In this document: positions 13,801-26,586 of the stretch, piece by piece | Layout of the letters: every line of letters begins with the position of its first letter | Numbering within the stretch: the first letter of the stretch is position 1 | NCBI GenBank assembly: GCA_900088475.1 | Contig: FLMG01000277.1 | Location: 49,492 to 113,491 of the forward strand | From: Hyphochytrium catenoides | Lineage: Eukaryota > Protista > Hyphochytriomycota | Direction of reading: 5' to 3' | DNA: 64,000 bases | Program-made: the position numbers and the translations under genes | Notes under the pieces: generated by a model | What the model saw: only the letters and a program-made list of their open reading frames with translations | Databases searched by the model: none | Told to the model about the DNA's origin: nothing

Positions 13801-14189
13801 GATAGGGAACTGAGAGTCGGACCACAAAGAGGAGACATGATCAGGAGAGTGATAGATGGCAAGCAGAGAGCTGAAGGAAGAAGAGCTAACGTAAGGAGAG
13901 AACGACTTTATCAACTCAAGGGGAAGCATTAGAAACAGCTGCTGGGCATTCTTATGGTCCGACGGACGTTGAAGCCAAAGCGCTCTTACGAGGGAAGAGA
14001 TAGTAGGGAGCAGGCATCAAGGAAAACGTCGTACTCCTCAGAAAGAACCTGCCCTACTCCTTGTCTTCTCTCTCAAGTTAATCTCAAATCGTCTATCTTT
14101 AAAATAGAGGCAAAAGCGCCTAAGCTTGGCTCGCTAGTTTGATGCTGGACTGAAGCTCTACGTTGCCTGTCACGGAAGCGTCGGGTATA

Positions 14190-17100
14190 ATGACTGGAGG
14201 CGACCTCAACCAAGCAGAGCAACGACTTGCAGGCTCCCCGACGGCGCAGTCTTCCTCGAAGCCGCCAGGAGATGCTGAGGAGCCTCTGTTGATCAGCGCC
14301 GTGCTGCCTCCGCCTGCCTCAGCTGCGGCCTTGCCTACGATGAATGTCTCCGGTTAGCAGCATCGTTCCTTACCTCCTCCTCTCCCGTTTCTTCTGGCCT
14401 CCTTTAACTTATCCCATTCGCTCTCTCTCCCTGTCTGGCAGTGAGCTTTGCTGACTCTCGAACCTGCACATTCCGGTATTCCTAGTCAATCAAGCTCTCA
14501 AACAGACGACCTGCAGCTCTGTTTCTCTTGTCACTGCGCCTTAGCCTGATTCCTTCCTGACCTAACGGTTGTTCAATAATGGTTCTCCCCCCTGGCCTCC
14601 TCCTATCGCCTCCCGCCGCTGCTCCTGTCCATTCATAGATCAATCATCAACTGAGAACCTCCTAAAGAAGAGAAATGCTAGCACGCTGTTCAGCGTTGAC
14701 TTGACCGCATTGGACTCTCTGTTTGAGGTGGTACACCAGCGGCTCAATGCGCACGAGCAAGAACTGAAGCAGCCATCCTGGCTTAAAGGTCAGAGAATGA
14801 TAAAGTCCCTGCCTTCAAGGCAACGTCATCTCATGCCAGGTCACTCTATGACCACGATGTATCAGACATTCTTGCCCGAGTGGAAAGTTTAGAGCGCAAC
14901 GTGAGGTCACTGAAGACGAACGTCCCAAGTGGAGATGAAGGTAGCACCGAACGAACACACTCTACCTTCTCACTCTCAGCGCACAAAGTCGGCACTTCTG
15001 CTTCGTCACTATTTTTTTCCTGTCTCTTCCGTCCTTTCTCTTTTTTCCCTTCCGTCTCTTGTCTCTCCATCCCACTCCACCTTTTCTGGCCCTTTCACTC
15101 TTGTGTCTCTCTTCGGTCCCTCTGCATCTTGTTTAAGAATCTTCTCTCTCTTTCTGTCATTCTCTCTCTTTCTGTCATTCTCTCTCTCTCTCTGTGTCTC
15201 TTCCTCTCTTCTACCTCCAATTCTTAACTCTCTTCAGGCTGATGGATTGTCTTGATGTCCTAGTTTCTATTTTCTCGATAGCTTAAACCCTTCCTGCTGG
15301 TCCTTCGTTCTTCAGGAAGAATCGACTTATTGCCTACATTACTTTCCTGCTTGCTCTTTGACAGCTTCTCAGAACAGTCCAGGCGATGCCGGCAATGGGA
15401 CCCGAGGCTCTATAGAGATGCGATCCCGTATCAGCCTCTTTAATCGAACAAAAAGCCTCCGAAGAGAGTTGTCTTTCTCTCAAGCCGACATGTCTCCTGC
15501 CGCAGCCTCCGACCCCATGGATCCCACATATCAGGGAGCTCCCGGCAGTAATTCCGCGGGTCAAAACTCCATTGATCCTCTCACTGTAAGCAGTCCCGCT
15601 CTCTTTACGATGCCTTCAACACCATCTGGGATTACCTCTTTGTCCTGCTGCAGCTATCCACTGACAATCTCTCCGGCTGCGCTTTATCTCGTAGTGGACT
15701 GATCGACCTTCCTCGCTGTTCTCATAGCATTTTATCTATGTTTCAAGGCTCCGCGTATTTGCATGCCCTTTTCCCATAATCTATGCCTAGAACTATTGCC
15801 TTCAACGTCGGTCTCCAACCCGTGATCTTGTGGACTGCGAACCTGGTCTCTCATGCTGTAAACTTGCTGTTTACCGCTCTCCCTCTTTGTTACCCTTCCA
15901 CGTGTAGGAAAAGCTAATCTCTGGTGCTATCGAGGACTTTCGTTCGGGTTTGGTAAGGACAGAAGTGGTGATTGATGAGTTGAAGACCAACCACGCCAAC
16001 AGACTGCTGGACATAGACACACGGCTCCAAGCGTAAGTTGAGGGTTCCTGTATACATTCTCTCTTGCACCTTCCTTGTTTCTCCCACTGTCTCTCCGCAA
16101 TCATCATCCTATTCTTGACCTTATCCTGCTCTGCCTTGAATCAAGTACCAGCGGTCTCTCTCCTCTAGCCAGAAATTATGATCTTTCGTGTGACCATCAT
16201 CTTTCCGATTTTTGTTCGGGCCTTACTGTGCCGGCCAGGTTCCAACTAGAGATGCAGAAGACCCGAAGAGAGATGAAGCTTCTTCCCACCATGGAAGACA
16301 TCGGACAAAGTAATAAGCGCCTGGACTTTAGCGTAAGTTAATGGCTGGAGATAGTGAAATGAAGGAGTTAGACAGCAGAAGGAAGAAATAGAAATTATGG
16401 TTCTTCTCCTAGCTCGAACTTTCTCCGCTGTCCTTCTTGTCTATCTATCGGCATCGGTTCAAACGGTGCCTCTTCCAGTCTTGAAAGACGTAGTAGCTAT
16501 CTGCCCTATGTCACTCAGACCCCATCGGTCTCCCTGTCCCTGTTCCTTATTCTCTGCACGTCCCAATCTTTCCCGTAACCTCGGCATCGACAGATGGCAG
16601 AGCTGAAGCGCTCAACGTTAGATAGGAGTGTCGACACAGAGAAGCGGCTGTTTAGTAAGATTGACGAGCAGACGGAGGAAGCCAACAAGGTAACTGGACA
16701 ACTCTCTCTGCTAGTAAAAGACGACGTGTGGCTTGTAATGCTCTAGAAGCCCAACGTCCAGAAGGAATTACTCTTAGTGCTACGCTGGCCGTATAGAGTT
16801 TCTGGGGAAGCATCTTTCTCTTTCCTTCTTGACCTCTTCTTTCCTCTCGTTTGCTGTATAGTTCCGTACAAAAATAGAGCAGTCGATTCAGCTGAAGTTC
16901 CAGCTTATGCAGTCCAAGATTGAGCAACTGGAAGGAGATTTGCAAATGGTGCACAAGGGGTGAGGAAGAGTGTGAAGTCCTCCATTGACGAACTCATTCA
17001 ACGCCACGCGAGCAAGCCTCTGCCTCTGTTGGGCCACGACCTTATCAACATCACTCGTAGATCCCGCCATTTCTGACGCATTTGCAATCTACTTCTCTCC

Positions 17101-20100
17101 TCTAACCCCAAGCCGCAAGTTTCCTCTAACCTTTAGTACGCGTAGGTTTGAACAAGAAGTGGAAGGCCTCTCCAGTGTACAGAAGGATTTCAACCAGAAA
17201 CTGGAGACGTTAGGACCTCGCCTTAAGGTGGTCGAGGAGAGCTCTGTTCAGAGTTCGAAGGATATTGTGGGCCTCATGGATAAGTTAGGGAGGGTACGTT
17301 GGCTACACCATGGTCTCTCCTGGCAATAAGATTAGCCTGCTGCTATGCCTTCTCCAGAGTCCACTCCCTCTTGCTCTCGGTCTTCGTCACTCTAATTATT
17401 CCTTAACCCTCAGATCGTGGCGGAGCTTTCAGACGAGGAACCAACAGGTCTCGCGCCTGGTGATGATGCTTCAGGGACATTTTCCTCCATATCATTGAGT
17501 CAAGGAGAAGAGAGCTCTTCCGGCATAGGTTTGCTGAGAAAGAAGAAGTCTAAGGTAGCTCACTCCTCACTGTCCTTGCTGCCTTTGTCTTGCTGCTTGC
17601 ACTGGCCTTCTTCCCGCCTTTAGAATTTGCGCGTGTTCGTTTCCTCTTACCTGAGATGGAAATGCCATGACAAGCGACAATGTGTCGCCTGAGGCATCTT
17701 TCACATGCTTTCTGGCGCCTCTGCGCATTAAGTGCATCCTTCGCGAAACTGCTATCTATTTCGTGGCCCAACATCCTTGACTGGGAAGCTCTTCATTCGC
17801 CGTATGAAGTAAAGTTCTTCTCCTCTATTCCATGTCTTCTTTCGTTCTACTACTTACGCGGTTCTTTTTTTATCCGCCTTACTTGGGTTCCAGATGGAGG
17901 ATAAGCTGGTCTCCGATATTACTGCGGCACAAGAGAAGGCCACAGTCGTGGGTCTCGCTCTGGATGAGTTTCGCACCGAGCAGCTGAGGACTCAACAACT
18001 GGCAGATGAAAGGTTCTTCGCCACGGTCGATACCATCAACACCAACCTGACCAAGCTGCAAGGTGAGCGAGCGGAGTCAGACGGCGGGAGGGAAAATCAA
18101 CATTATCTGTCAGTCGCATAGGCACAAGGTGTAGGGAAGAAGGAGAGGGAATTAGCTTTACATTTCTCCTCTGTAGGCAAAGTGACTGACGCTCGTCCCC
18201 TTGCGCGCCCTACCTCGTAGAGCTCTCTGACCAACAAGTCAAGGACCTCTCCAGCGTCGTAGAGATTGTAAGCCTTTCGATACACTTTCATATGTCTCTG
18301 CATGCTGGTTACTAAGCTACATGCTTTCTTGCTCTCAATTAACAGAAAATTGAAGATCTTGCTATTCGTCAAGTGGCTCTGAAGAAAAGTCTTAGCGATC
18401 ACGACGCCAAGCTAGGAACGCTAGAGAGCACTATCGGAAAGGTGCCGGCATCGAACCACATAGCTGTGTTGTCTTCATCGTCTATCGCGCTGCCGATACC
18501 CTTGCCACTGAAAGCTGTTTGGTGTACGAAACGTGCTTCTTACTCCGCTGACTCCATTGTACGTTTTACACAGAGCGCTGAGCAGATCGAGAAAGTCTCG
18601 GAGTGCTGTCGCGAGGCTGCACGCAGCCAGACCGACGCTCTAGCGAACGAGAAGGCGACTATTCTGCTTGTTATAGAAGAGAGAGTAACCAAAGCAGAGA
18701 GAGGTGGGTTGAGATTGTCAACCCATTCACCACGCTTATCCTGTACTCCTCTCTCGTCTGCAATTACCTACTTCCCGTCCTTCCTTCGTCATCTCCGCAA
18801 TCTTCTGCTCGTGCCTCCTGGTAAGAAGCAATAGCAGCAGTTATTTTCTTATTTGTGACTTCTCTCTGTCCCCAGATGCGGCGCTTGCCGTCACCCAGTG
18901 CCAGAATGCCTTGGAGCTAACGCAAAAGCACCAGGCAGACCTGATCAGTGACATCTTAGAAAGTAACAAGGCGACTGACGCAAAGTAAGCGTCGTCTATA
19001 TTTCTCTGTGGGCCTCTTTACTTGGCGTCCTTGGATCAACGAAGAAGAATTTCACCTCCGAACTTCAATAGCACCCCCTCCTCTCTCTCTCAATCACATA
19101 TACTCCACGCTTGTTGCTTCTCTGCAGTCATGTCCTTTCTTAGGTCTGACCCTCTTACGTTGTCCCTCGTCTTCCCAATTCTTATGACGATACCAAGTTT
19201 GAAGGTCTTAGGAGAACGAGTGAAAGCTGATGAGAAGATCCTGGAGGAGACTGGAAAGCATAGTCGCTCAAATGCAGCCTTCATAGGTACACGGCAGATG
19301 CTGCTTGGGACGACTTTGTACTTCGCACTTCATCATGCTTGTGTCTCTTCTTCTTTCTCTTCTTTCTCTCTAGACCGTCGTCTGGGCTTTCCCAGATATA
19401 CTTCTCTTTGATCTCTGGCAGTTGTTCATTATGGAGAAGAGTCCTTCGCTGTCTGCTTACTTCCTTCTCATGTCTCCTCCTAGGCGACCTCAACGAGACT
19501 GTACAAAAGTTATCAAAGCAGGAGCAAGAGCACGAAAGCCGGACTACTCGTCTGGCAGAGGAACTCACCAAAGCAAGCAAAGTCCACAAGAGAGCGAATG
19601 AAGAGCTGGGGTATGGCCATCCATCCCCACTCTCTCTCCAATCTTCTGTTTCCTTCTCTTCTCTCTTCGCCGGAGGAGGGGGTACCTAGCGTCCTCTAAC
19701 TTTGCTTGTACAGCTAGTGCCTGCCGGCCAAGAGTCTTGACTGTCTTTGTAGACTCCCTCTTATTATCTTTCCGTTCTTCTACTCCATTTTTTTGCCGTC
19801 CTCTTAGCGCTCGGATTGATCTGGTCAACTCCGATCATACCAAATTTCGGTGTGACATCCTTGCCCTTCACGGAGAACACTCTGCGCGACTCCAAGAACT
19901 TGCGAAGCTAGTGGAGACACTGGAAAACAGTGAGCTAGAAGAAGGCTGGAGCCAGCAGCTCTCAAGACACGCTCTCAACCTGGCCAAACTCTGTGCCGAT
20001 TATGAGGACAAGAGGAAGTAAGCGATGGTCTCTTTCCTTGTCAACGCACGCAGTGCTGTCTCCTTGTTTATCCATGTGTCGGTCCGACAGCTATAATCAC

Positions 20101-21931
20101 ACGTGTCTCTCCGTATGTCTTCCCTGGTCTCTCCCACCTCCCTCCTTTCCTCTTTCTGACGATATGCTTACCCAAACTGTTACTCTTGACGGGATCTTGT
20201 GTGCAGAGAGTACGGCGGTACCATGAACGCCGCCATCCTCGAAGAGATCGGGAATAGAAGCCAGGCAATCGCAGGCATCTTCAGCAAAATGGGAGACCTG
20301 AACTCTCTAAGACATGTGTTGGCCTACACTATTGCTAGGTACTGGCCAACCATCTCTCTCACTTCAAGGCCCTTTCTTCCCTAGCAGGAGACTGACATAC
20401 ATTCTTCCCCGTGTCCCATCTCGTTGTGGGCAGCGACAAGGAAGGGGCTCCTCCTTTAGATCGCGCCACCTTTGAAATGGAAAAGGAAAGATACAAGCAT
20501 CAGCTCGTGGACGACTTACTGGCCCGGATGTACAAAGAGCTTGGTCATCTGTCTTCCGCAGCATCGGCTACGAAGCTGCAGCTGGAGAAGAGGCAGACGT
20601 TTGAGCATAGGCTAAGATTGTGCCTTGATCTTTGTCTTCAAAGCAAGGTTCAGATAAATGCCCCGGATCCCACTGCCTTTGGAAGGTATGCGAAGAAAAC
20701 TGCAATGAAGGGCATCCCCTCATCCACTCCTCTTGCTGATTCTCTTAGAGGACAGGGCACCTACATCGTTCTACAGTGCCATTTTTATGCTATACTCCGC
20801 TCCTTATCTTCCGCTTGGTCTGGCCTAAGTTCGGTCTGTTTGCCTGTTCCGCGTTGCTCTGCAGACAAACTATCCTGCCCACCTGCGTGGCATGTAATCG
20901 GCCGCTGGCAAATCGGCCTCTGACGTCTAACAATCTAGCAAGCAGTGGCCCCACAAGTGCTGTAAGTCCCAACGAGCTTGATGCCATGCAGCGGCCTATC
21001 ACGGCAGCATCCGTCAGAAAGAAACCCCAGCAAAGCCCTATAGACACTCGAGCGATTGTTCCTGGCAGAACAGGTATATCGTTTTCGCTTCGCTCAGGGC
21101 AGTGTCCCCTTCGTCCTGCGCCTTCTCACTCTCGTTTCATCTGATTCTACCGATCCGTCAATCAAGGTGCAATCAAGGATAGTCTACCCTCCTCTGCTAT
21201 TATTCCTCTCTCTAGAAGTGTCAGGTCTATCTTACGAGGTTTTGAATGGAAATGGCAGAAAAGTTGCTTGTCCTTCTTATCTCCTTTGCAGTCTATTGAA
21301 TTCTTGTCCCTTATCGCTCCGCGTGTGGTTGTAGGAGCTGCCGGAACCCCTCCAGTAGGAAGTGATTCCAAGTGCATGCACTTACCGCCCAATAAGCCTG
21401 GATATATTATGAGAGGAGGCTTCAAACTCCCTAAAAATACCTCCTCGTTAGACCTCCAGATGTTTGCGACGCCAGATATGGGAGACCTGCCGACGGTTAG
21501 TGGCTAACTCCTTCTCACATCTCACTCTTTCTCTATCTCTCACTCAATAACAGCGCGCCTATCCATGTCTTTGTTGCTGTCAGTAAGTTGCGCCATCCCA
21601 TGAGACCGTTATCCATACCCGACCACCTCTGTGTTCGGCGTTGAGCAAATCGTAGTGCTTCCTCTTGACAGCGTCCCTACCACGGTGCATTACTCTCACA
21701 CATCACAGCTTACTCTCATGTTGTGGCTAACCACTTCCCTGCGCCGCGATGTCTACAACTCTACAGAAACCCATATCTCCTTCCAAAATATCGCTTCAAG
21801 CTTCAGAAGTGAGACCGCAGACAGCTCCTATTTCTATGGAACTCGGCGCAATCAGCCTATCTGCTGCAATAGTAGAGAAGCTTCCCCAGATAGCGGGGAG
21901 CCCAAGAGGTAACCAACAGCCTCCACAATAA
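14190..21931 (+). CDS. Large multi-exon coiled-coil protein with C-terminal CxxCxRP motif (uncharacterised)
   Basis: About 20 short exons with heptad-rich E/K/Q/L translations, separated by CT-rich GT-AG introns. The C-terminal part reads RLRLCLDLCLQ..PTAFGR|QTILPTCVACNRPL, then GYIMRGGFKLPK. The last exon (RPQTAP..KLPQI) ends at TAA 21929-21931. Internal exon boundaries are only partly resolved. Confidence 0.7.
15141..15210. repeat. Intronic CT-rich repeat with a duplicated 18-nt unit (tctctctctttctgtcat x2)
   Basis: Directly visible tandem duplication inside an intron. Confidence 0.8.
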
Positions 21932-23459
21932 ATATATATAAACAGCATTGTCCTCTAAACTCTTTGCGTACGGAGGCAAGTGATAGAGACGGAGGTATTC
22001 TTGCGCATGTCAAACGCACAATAACCTAGATTTTACAAGGATGATTCTATTCTTCGCTTTCCATGGTGAGTACCATGAACCTATTATCTCAAGGAGTTCA
22101 CGCTGTCCGCTCTAGCCCATCGACATGTCTCTCCAAGGCTTAGGAGCTCTTGGCATACGTCCACCTGAACTCCGACATCGTCTCTCTGAGCAGTGACCCT
22201 AGCGCCCCTAAAGACTGGCTTCGAACGGGATCTTGTCACACGAGTCAGGACTTCCTCATTCACCAACCGTAATTTTGCGTCAGTTATCTTCCAACTGCCC
22301 GTGGTTGCTGACAACAGGCAAACCGATGTAAACTGCATGTGAAGACCGCTATTTATGGCATCTCCGCCAGCATTGCTTTCTCCGCATCCCCCGTGGTGCG
22401 CTCTCTTTCAGGATGTTCCTGACTTAAGTGGTCACCTTCCCCTTAGCTCGGCTTCCTTAGCTCGTGAGTAGAAGCTGCGCTCATGCCGCCGCAACCACCT
22501 GCTGCGTCAGCGCCGAGACCTTGCCGAGTGGACAACCGGACAGTGCAGATTTGGCCTGAATCCTTGGATCAACTGTGTACTATAATAAAGCTCTGAATCA
22601 GCCGAGAGATGACGGACAGAGATCTTTTCACAGAGATCATCGGAGTGCTAAGTTCAACTCTTATGGGCGACCATGGCAAGCACACCTGATCTGCTTTACG
22701 TTATGTTTTACTATTACAGGTTGAACTTAAGGCCTAGGAGCTGGGGTTAGAATCAGAACCTCTAAGAATGCGACGATCATGGGAGGCATTCTGATACCAT
22801 TCACAATCAAGCCCACGAATTCTGAATCAGTGAGGGTGGATGGGCTAGTCTAGGGAGGTTAAATGGTATATACCCAAATCTGTGCCGTCCCACCCATCTC
22901 GGCGTCACTTCTATCATCCTTCCTGCCTTTCCTGTCTCTCTCTCTGTCTCTCTCAGTCCTCCATCAAGTTGGACCACAGATTACCGTATTACCACTACAC
23001 ACAAACGCACTCTATGACACTTAGAGGTTGTCAGTTATTACTAGGATCCATCAGTTGCAGCATCACACCCTGATGATGTGAAGCCAGCGCGGCCACTTCC
23101 GCCTCAGTTCACTCGTCCCCAAGAGGCTTCGACCAGATGCCTAATGTTGGTGCAGCCAAAGGACTCGCTCACCTCGGGAAGCACAAGCAGAGCACTGGCT
23201 TGAAAGACATCAAGCGCTGCTTGCGCACAAGATCAGAGTCGTTGGATAAGCCGTGACACCCTAGAGAAAGCGCCTTGGCTGGAGAAGGACAGTGCCGTCC
23301 ACTTTGGTTGCAGTTTCTTTCCCGGCGTCAACATACTGGCAGTCTCTGCAGCCGTTGCCACTTCAGTCATCATCAATCTCGGGATTCGACTCGGACAATC
23401 TTGAGGTGGTACGGGGCTCCTATAAGCACCCAATTCTCCTCTTTGGTCCTACATAGCAG

Positions 23460-23785
23460 GTGAAAGCTGCGACAGGAGGCCCGCTTCCCACTCAATCGAG
23501 ATGGAAATCGATCCTACTGACTCTGTACCAACTCCTCAAATGGTGGCTCCTCGGAATAGTGTCGCAGACAGCCACCGCCAGTCTCTCGAGATATTGAAGG
23601 CGGATTTCCAAAGGGACTTTGAGGCTGAAGTGGCTGTGGAGAATGTACCCCGGGGACAGCTGGAGCTGCCTCCAAGCCTCAAACTGTGGGTGACACAGCC
23701 TCCTGAGATGGAAGAAGGGCTCTCTCAGGTGGAAATGGAGCAAGTGGCTGCCAAGCTTCTCTCTATCCAGCCCAAAGGCCACTGA
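23460..23785 (+). CDS. Probable terminal exon of an unresolved hypothetical gene (upstream exons likely within 22040-23410)
   Basis: Acceptor catagcag| followed by an open frame of ~108 codons with protein-like composition, stopping 133 bp from the COX10 stop. Upstream exons could not be joined convincingly. Confidence 0.35.
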
Positions 23786-23918
23786 GATTTTGGTGCCAAA
23801 CTAGAATTCTCTTCTCTAATGCAATCATGCCCACAGGACCACTGAGGCGTGCCCTATTTAAAGTACATTAGCAGACTCCCCGTCAATAATATATGTTACA
23901 AGGTTCATTCAACTCCAT

Positions 23919-25624
23919 TTACAGGACAGATACAGTGTGCTTTCTTTTTACAGCCACCGCATTCTCCAGAGCCTCATTCGCCGCTTCCTCTACCGCCTCT
24001 GCTATCTCTTCTCCTACCACAGCTGGGCAGAGACCGTCAGCACTAATTTTGACAGGGCTCCGCTCTTTGCCAAATAGCATTTCATGAACACAGACCCCTC
24101 GGAGTCGACGTCGAGCCTCTTCATACTTCTCCTGGAGCCAGCTTTGATTGCTCTTGTCCCCCTGCAAAAGTGCAGGATTGCGAGCCTCGTCCGTTATAGT
24201 GCTCTTTTCTGTTTGATGAAATACCATGAGGCCCAGTAGGACTGGTAGATACCACAGAGAGGTAAGGAACACTTTCTTGGAGTTTGCTACGACGGGATCC
24301 CTGATGANNNNNNNNNNNNNNNNNNNNNNNNNNNNNNNNNNNNNNNNNNNNNNNNNTAGATAGAGGCAATATGCGTTGATAGCTGTGCCCTCTACTGCGA
24401 ACATGGCACTGGTTACACCTCCGCAGTAAGCTATTGCTGGCAAAGGTGCCAAGTAGGCTGTGTACTTCATGATGAGTGCAGCCGTCCTTTGGCCTTTGAG
24501 ATTGCCATTAGTTTCTAGTCGTCTTTAGCTGTGACCAGAAGGTAGTCCATCTCTACGTACCCGTCGGATCGTTTACTGGTACCATCTGGTGCCCTCCTCG
24601 GGCATAGTCCTTTCTTAACTTCCATGCTAAGGCGAAGAAGTGGGGAAATTGCCAGCAATATAAGATGCTGCGAGAGGAAGAACAGGGCAGCATAGGCAGA
24701 CCGAATAAGTTATACGGTTAGTTTATCTTAGAGAAATAGCATGTCCAGGTGAATAGTCGTTACCTGGCTGCTAGTGCTGCTTCTGGTGAGACAATGGTTC
24801 CTGTGGCCGCAGCATAACCCATTAGGGGTGGAATGGCGCCAACCACCGACCCAATCCAGGTGTTGATTTCCGAGCGCCGCTAAGGCGAACAACCTTTAGA
24901 CTCAGGATGACAAGCCGTGTTCCAATGTTGGGGCGCGTTTACCTTCAAAGGAGTGTAGACCCCAGCGTAGAGAGCGATATTAAGTGCTCCTAAGCCTGCC
25001 GTAAGGGGATTGCACCCTAAAGCTAGAATGGCTGTGCTGGCAGTACCACTGCCTATAGCCCATGCTGCAGCTTGGCCCTAAGTGTGAGGAAGGGGAAGTC
25101 AAAGAGCCGAAGAACGCATGATAAAGAAACTGTTCCGATACCATTGATACGCGGCCCGACGGCAAAGGACGCATCTGAGTCCTTTTCATGAGTTTGTCAC
25201 TGTTCTTCTCGTACATCTGGTTCAACGTGTTTGCAGAGCAAGCAGCCAGCGCGGTTCCGACAGTTGCAGATGCCAGTGCATCCCAAGCGATAGGAAACCC
25301 CGCCATTAAAAAGCCAGCCCCCGTAGTCATTACTACAAGCCCACTCAGCCGCGCCTTAGATAATTCAGATATTGTCTGGAGAGTCAGCCGAGGAGCCGTA
25401 GAAGATTTAGCTTTGGCAATACCGGCCTTGGCGCCCTCATTTTCCACCCCAGCGGCTGGACCATAGGCGCTTGTACTGGACGCTTCAATATGTGTCGCAC
25501 TTGGGGCAGAGCGGGATAGCAGTGCAATTGCCACTCTAGTGTGCCCTAAGTGGAGGATGGCATTGTCCCTGGATCTAGCACCAGATCTAGCCACAAGATC
25601 ACGGGCGGTAGATATTCGGATCAT
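23919..25624 (-). CDS. COX10: Protoheme IX farnesyltransferase (heme O synthase), mitochondrial
   Basis: Five exons with short introns give [88 protein letters not shown] and [10 protein letters not shown]. An N-gap at 24308-24356 lies in the last exon. Confidence 0.95.
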
Positions 25625-26586
25625 CCTGTGGGTCGGGCCACTGGCCAAGGAGCCCGAGAAGCCTTCTAGTATCCTCTCATAGAAGAGCTTCTCTCGCCGC
25701 GGGTACTTAGAACGCAAGTGGCAGTACCTAGCACAGCTTGGCCCCGCGACGGTCTCACTGAGCGCACAACCTTGGGAAGCTCCTTTGCCCGGACCCCCGA
25801 TCAGATTATAAGACCGCGCTCCGTCTCTGCGTTGTCCAGGTCAAGGAAGATTGCTCCCACTTACAAGGGCGTGCTAGCAATGATGATGCAGAGAAGAGCC
25901 TCACTCAACTCAGTAATAATAAGTATACAGGTGAGGCCTTGTCTGTCGTGCTCCCAGTCTCCACTCATCAATCAGTCAGTCCACCACACTTACAGGAACC
26001 CATAATGCGTTCAGTATATCTGGATACCGATCACTGCTAGACAGATTGTGGGGCATCAGGCCATCATTATTAGATCAGACGATCCTATGAGATACGGCAA
26101 TGTGGGCACCACCTCGGTTAACCACTATCATGGACGGCAGCTGTGAAAAACTTGGAATCGTCAACAAATTCCTTATATTCATTCGTAGAACTATTACTGT
26201 GAGAAATGCAATACCTTTTTACAAGTCCATCCTGAATAAAATACCCACCAAACGCTATTATTCGGTATAGCCTTCAGCATCCCCCAGGACTGGGCGGGCA
26301 CTAATAATGATGCCTGTCCGTTTCTTCAAACAGCGTTTCCTCCATTAGCATTCTTAACAAGTCTCTGCACCAAAAGGCATCTTCATCTCACCCATTCGCC
26401 ACCACTCCAGAGACCAGAGACTGCCATCGGCCAGCTCATGATAGCGCTTGGCGCATTCCCTTGCAGAGAGAAGCGGGTCCAATGAGCACTCTCTTCACAG
26501 ATCCTGTTCGATGAACGCTAGCAAGTGTCATATTGGTTAGCACTAGAGTCTTAGTGGAGCTTCAACAGGAAAATTAGGTTCTTGTC

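Noticed and set aside
13553-13862. L/S/F-rich or R/E-rich ORFs in the track (also ~14880-15255, 51450-51824, 55188-55618, 60569-60751)
   Set aside because: These are translations of CT/GA microsatellite tracts, mostly intronic or intergenic.
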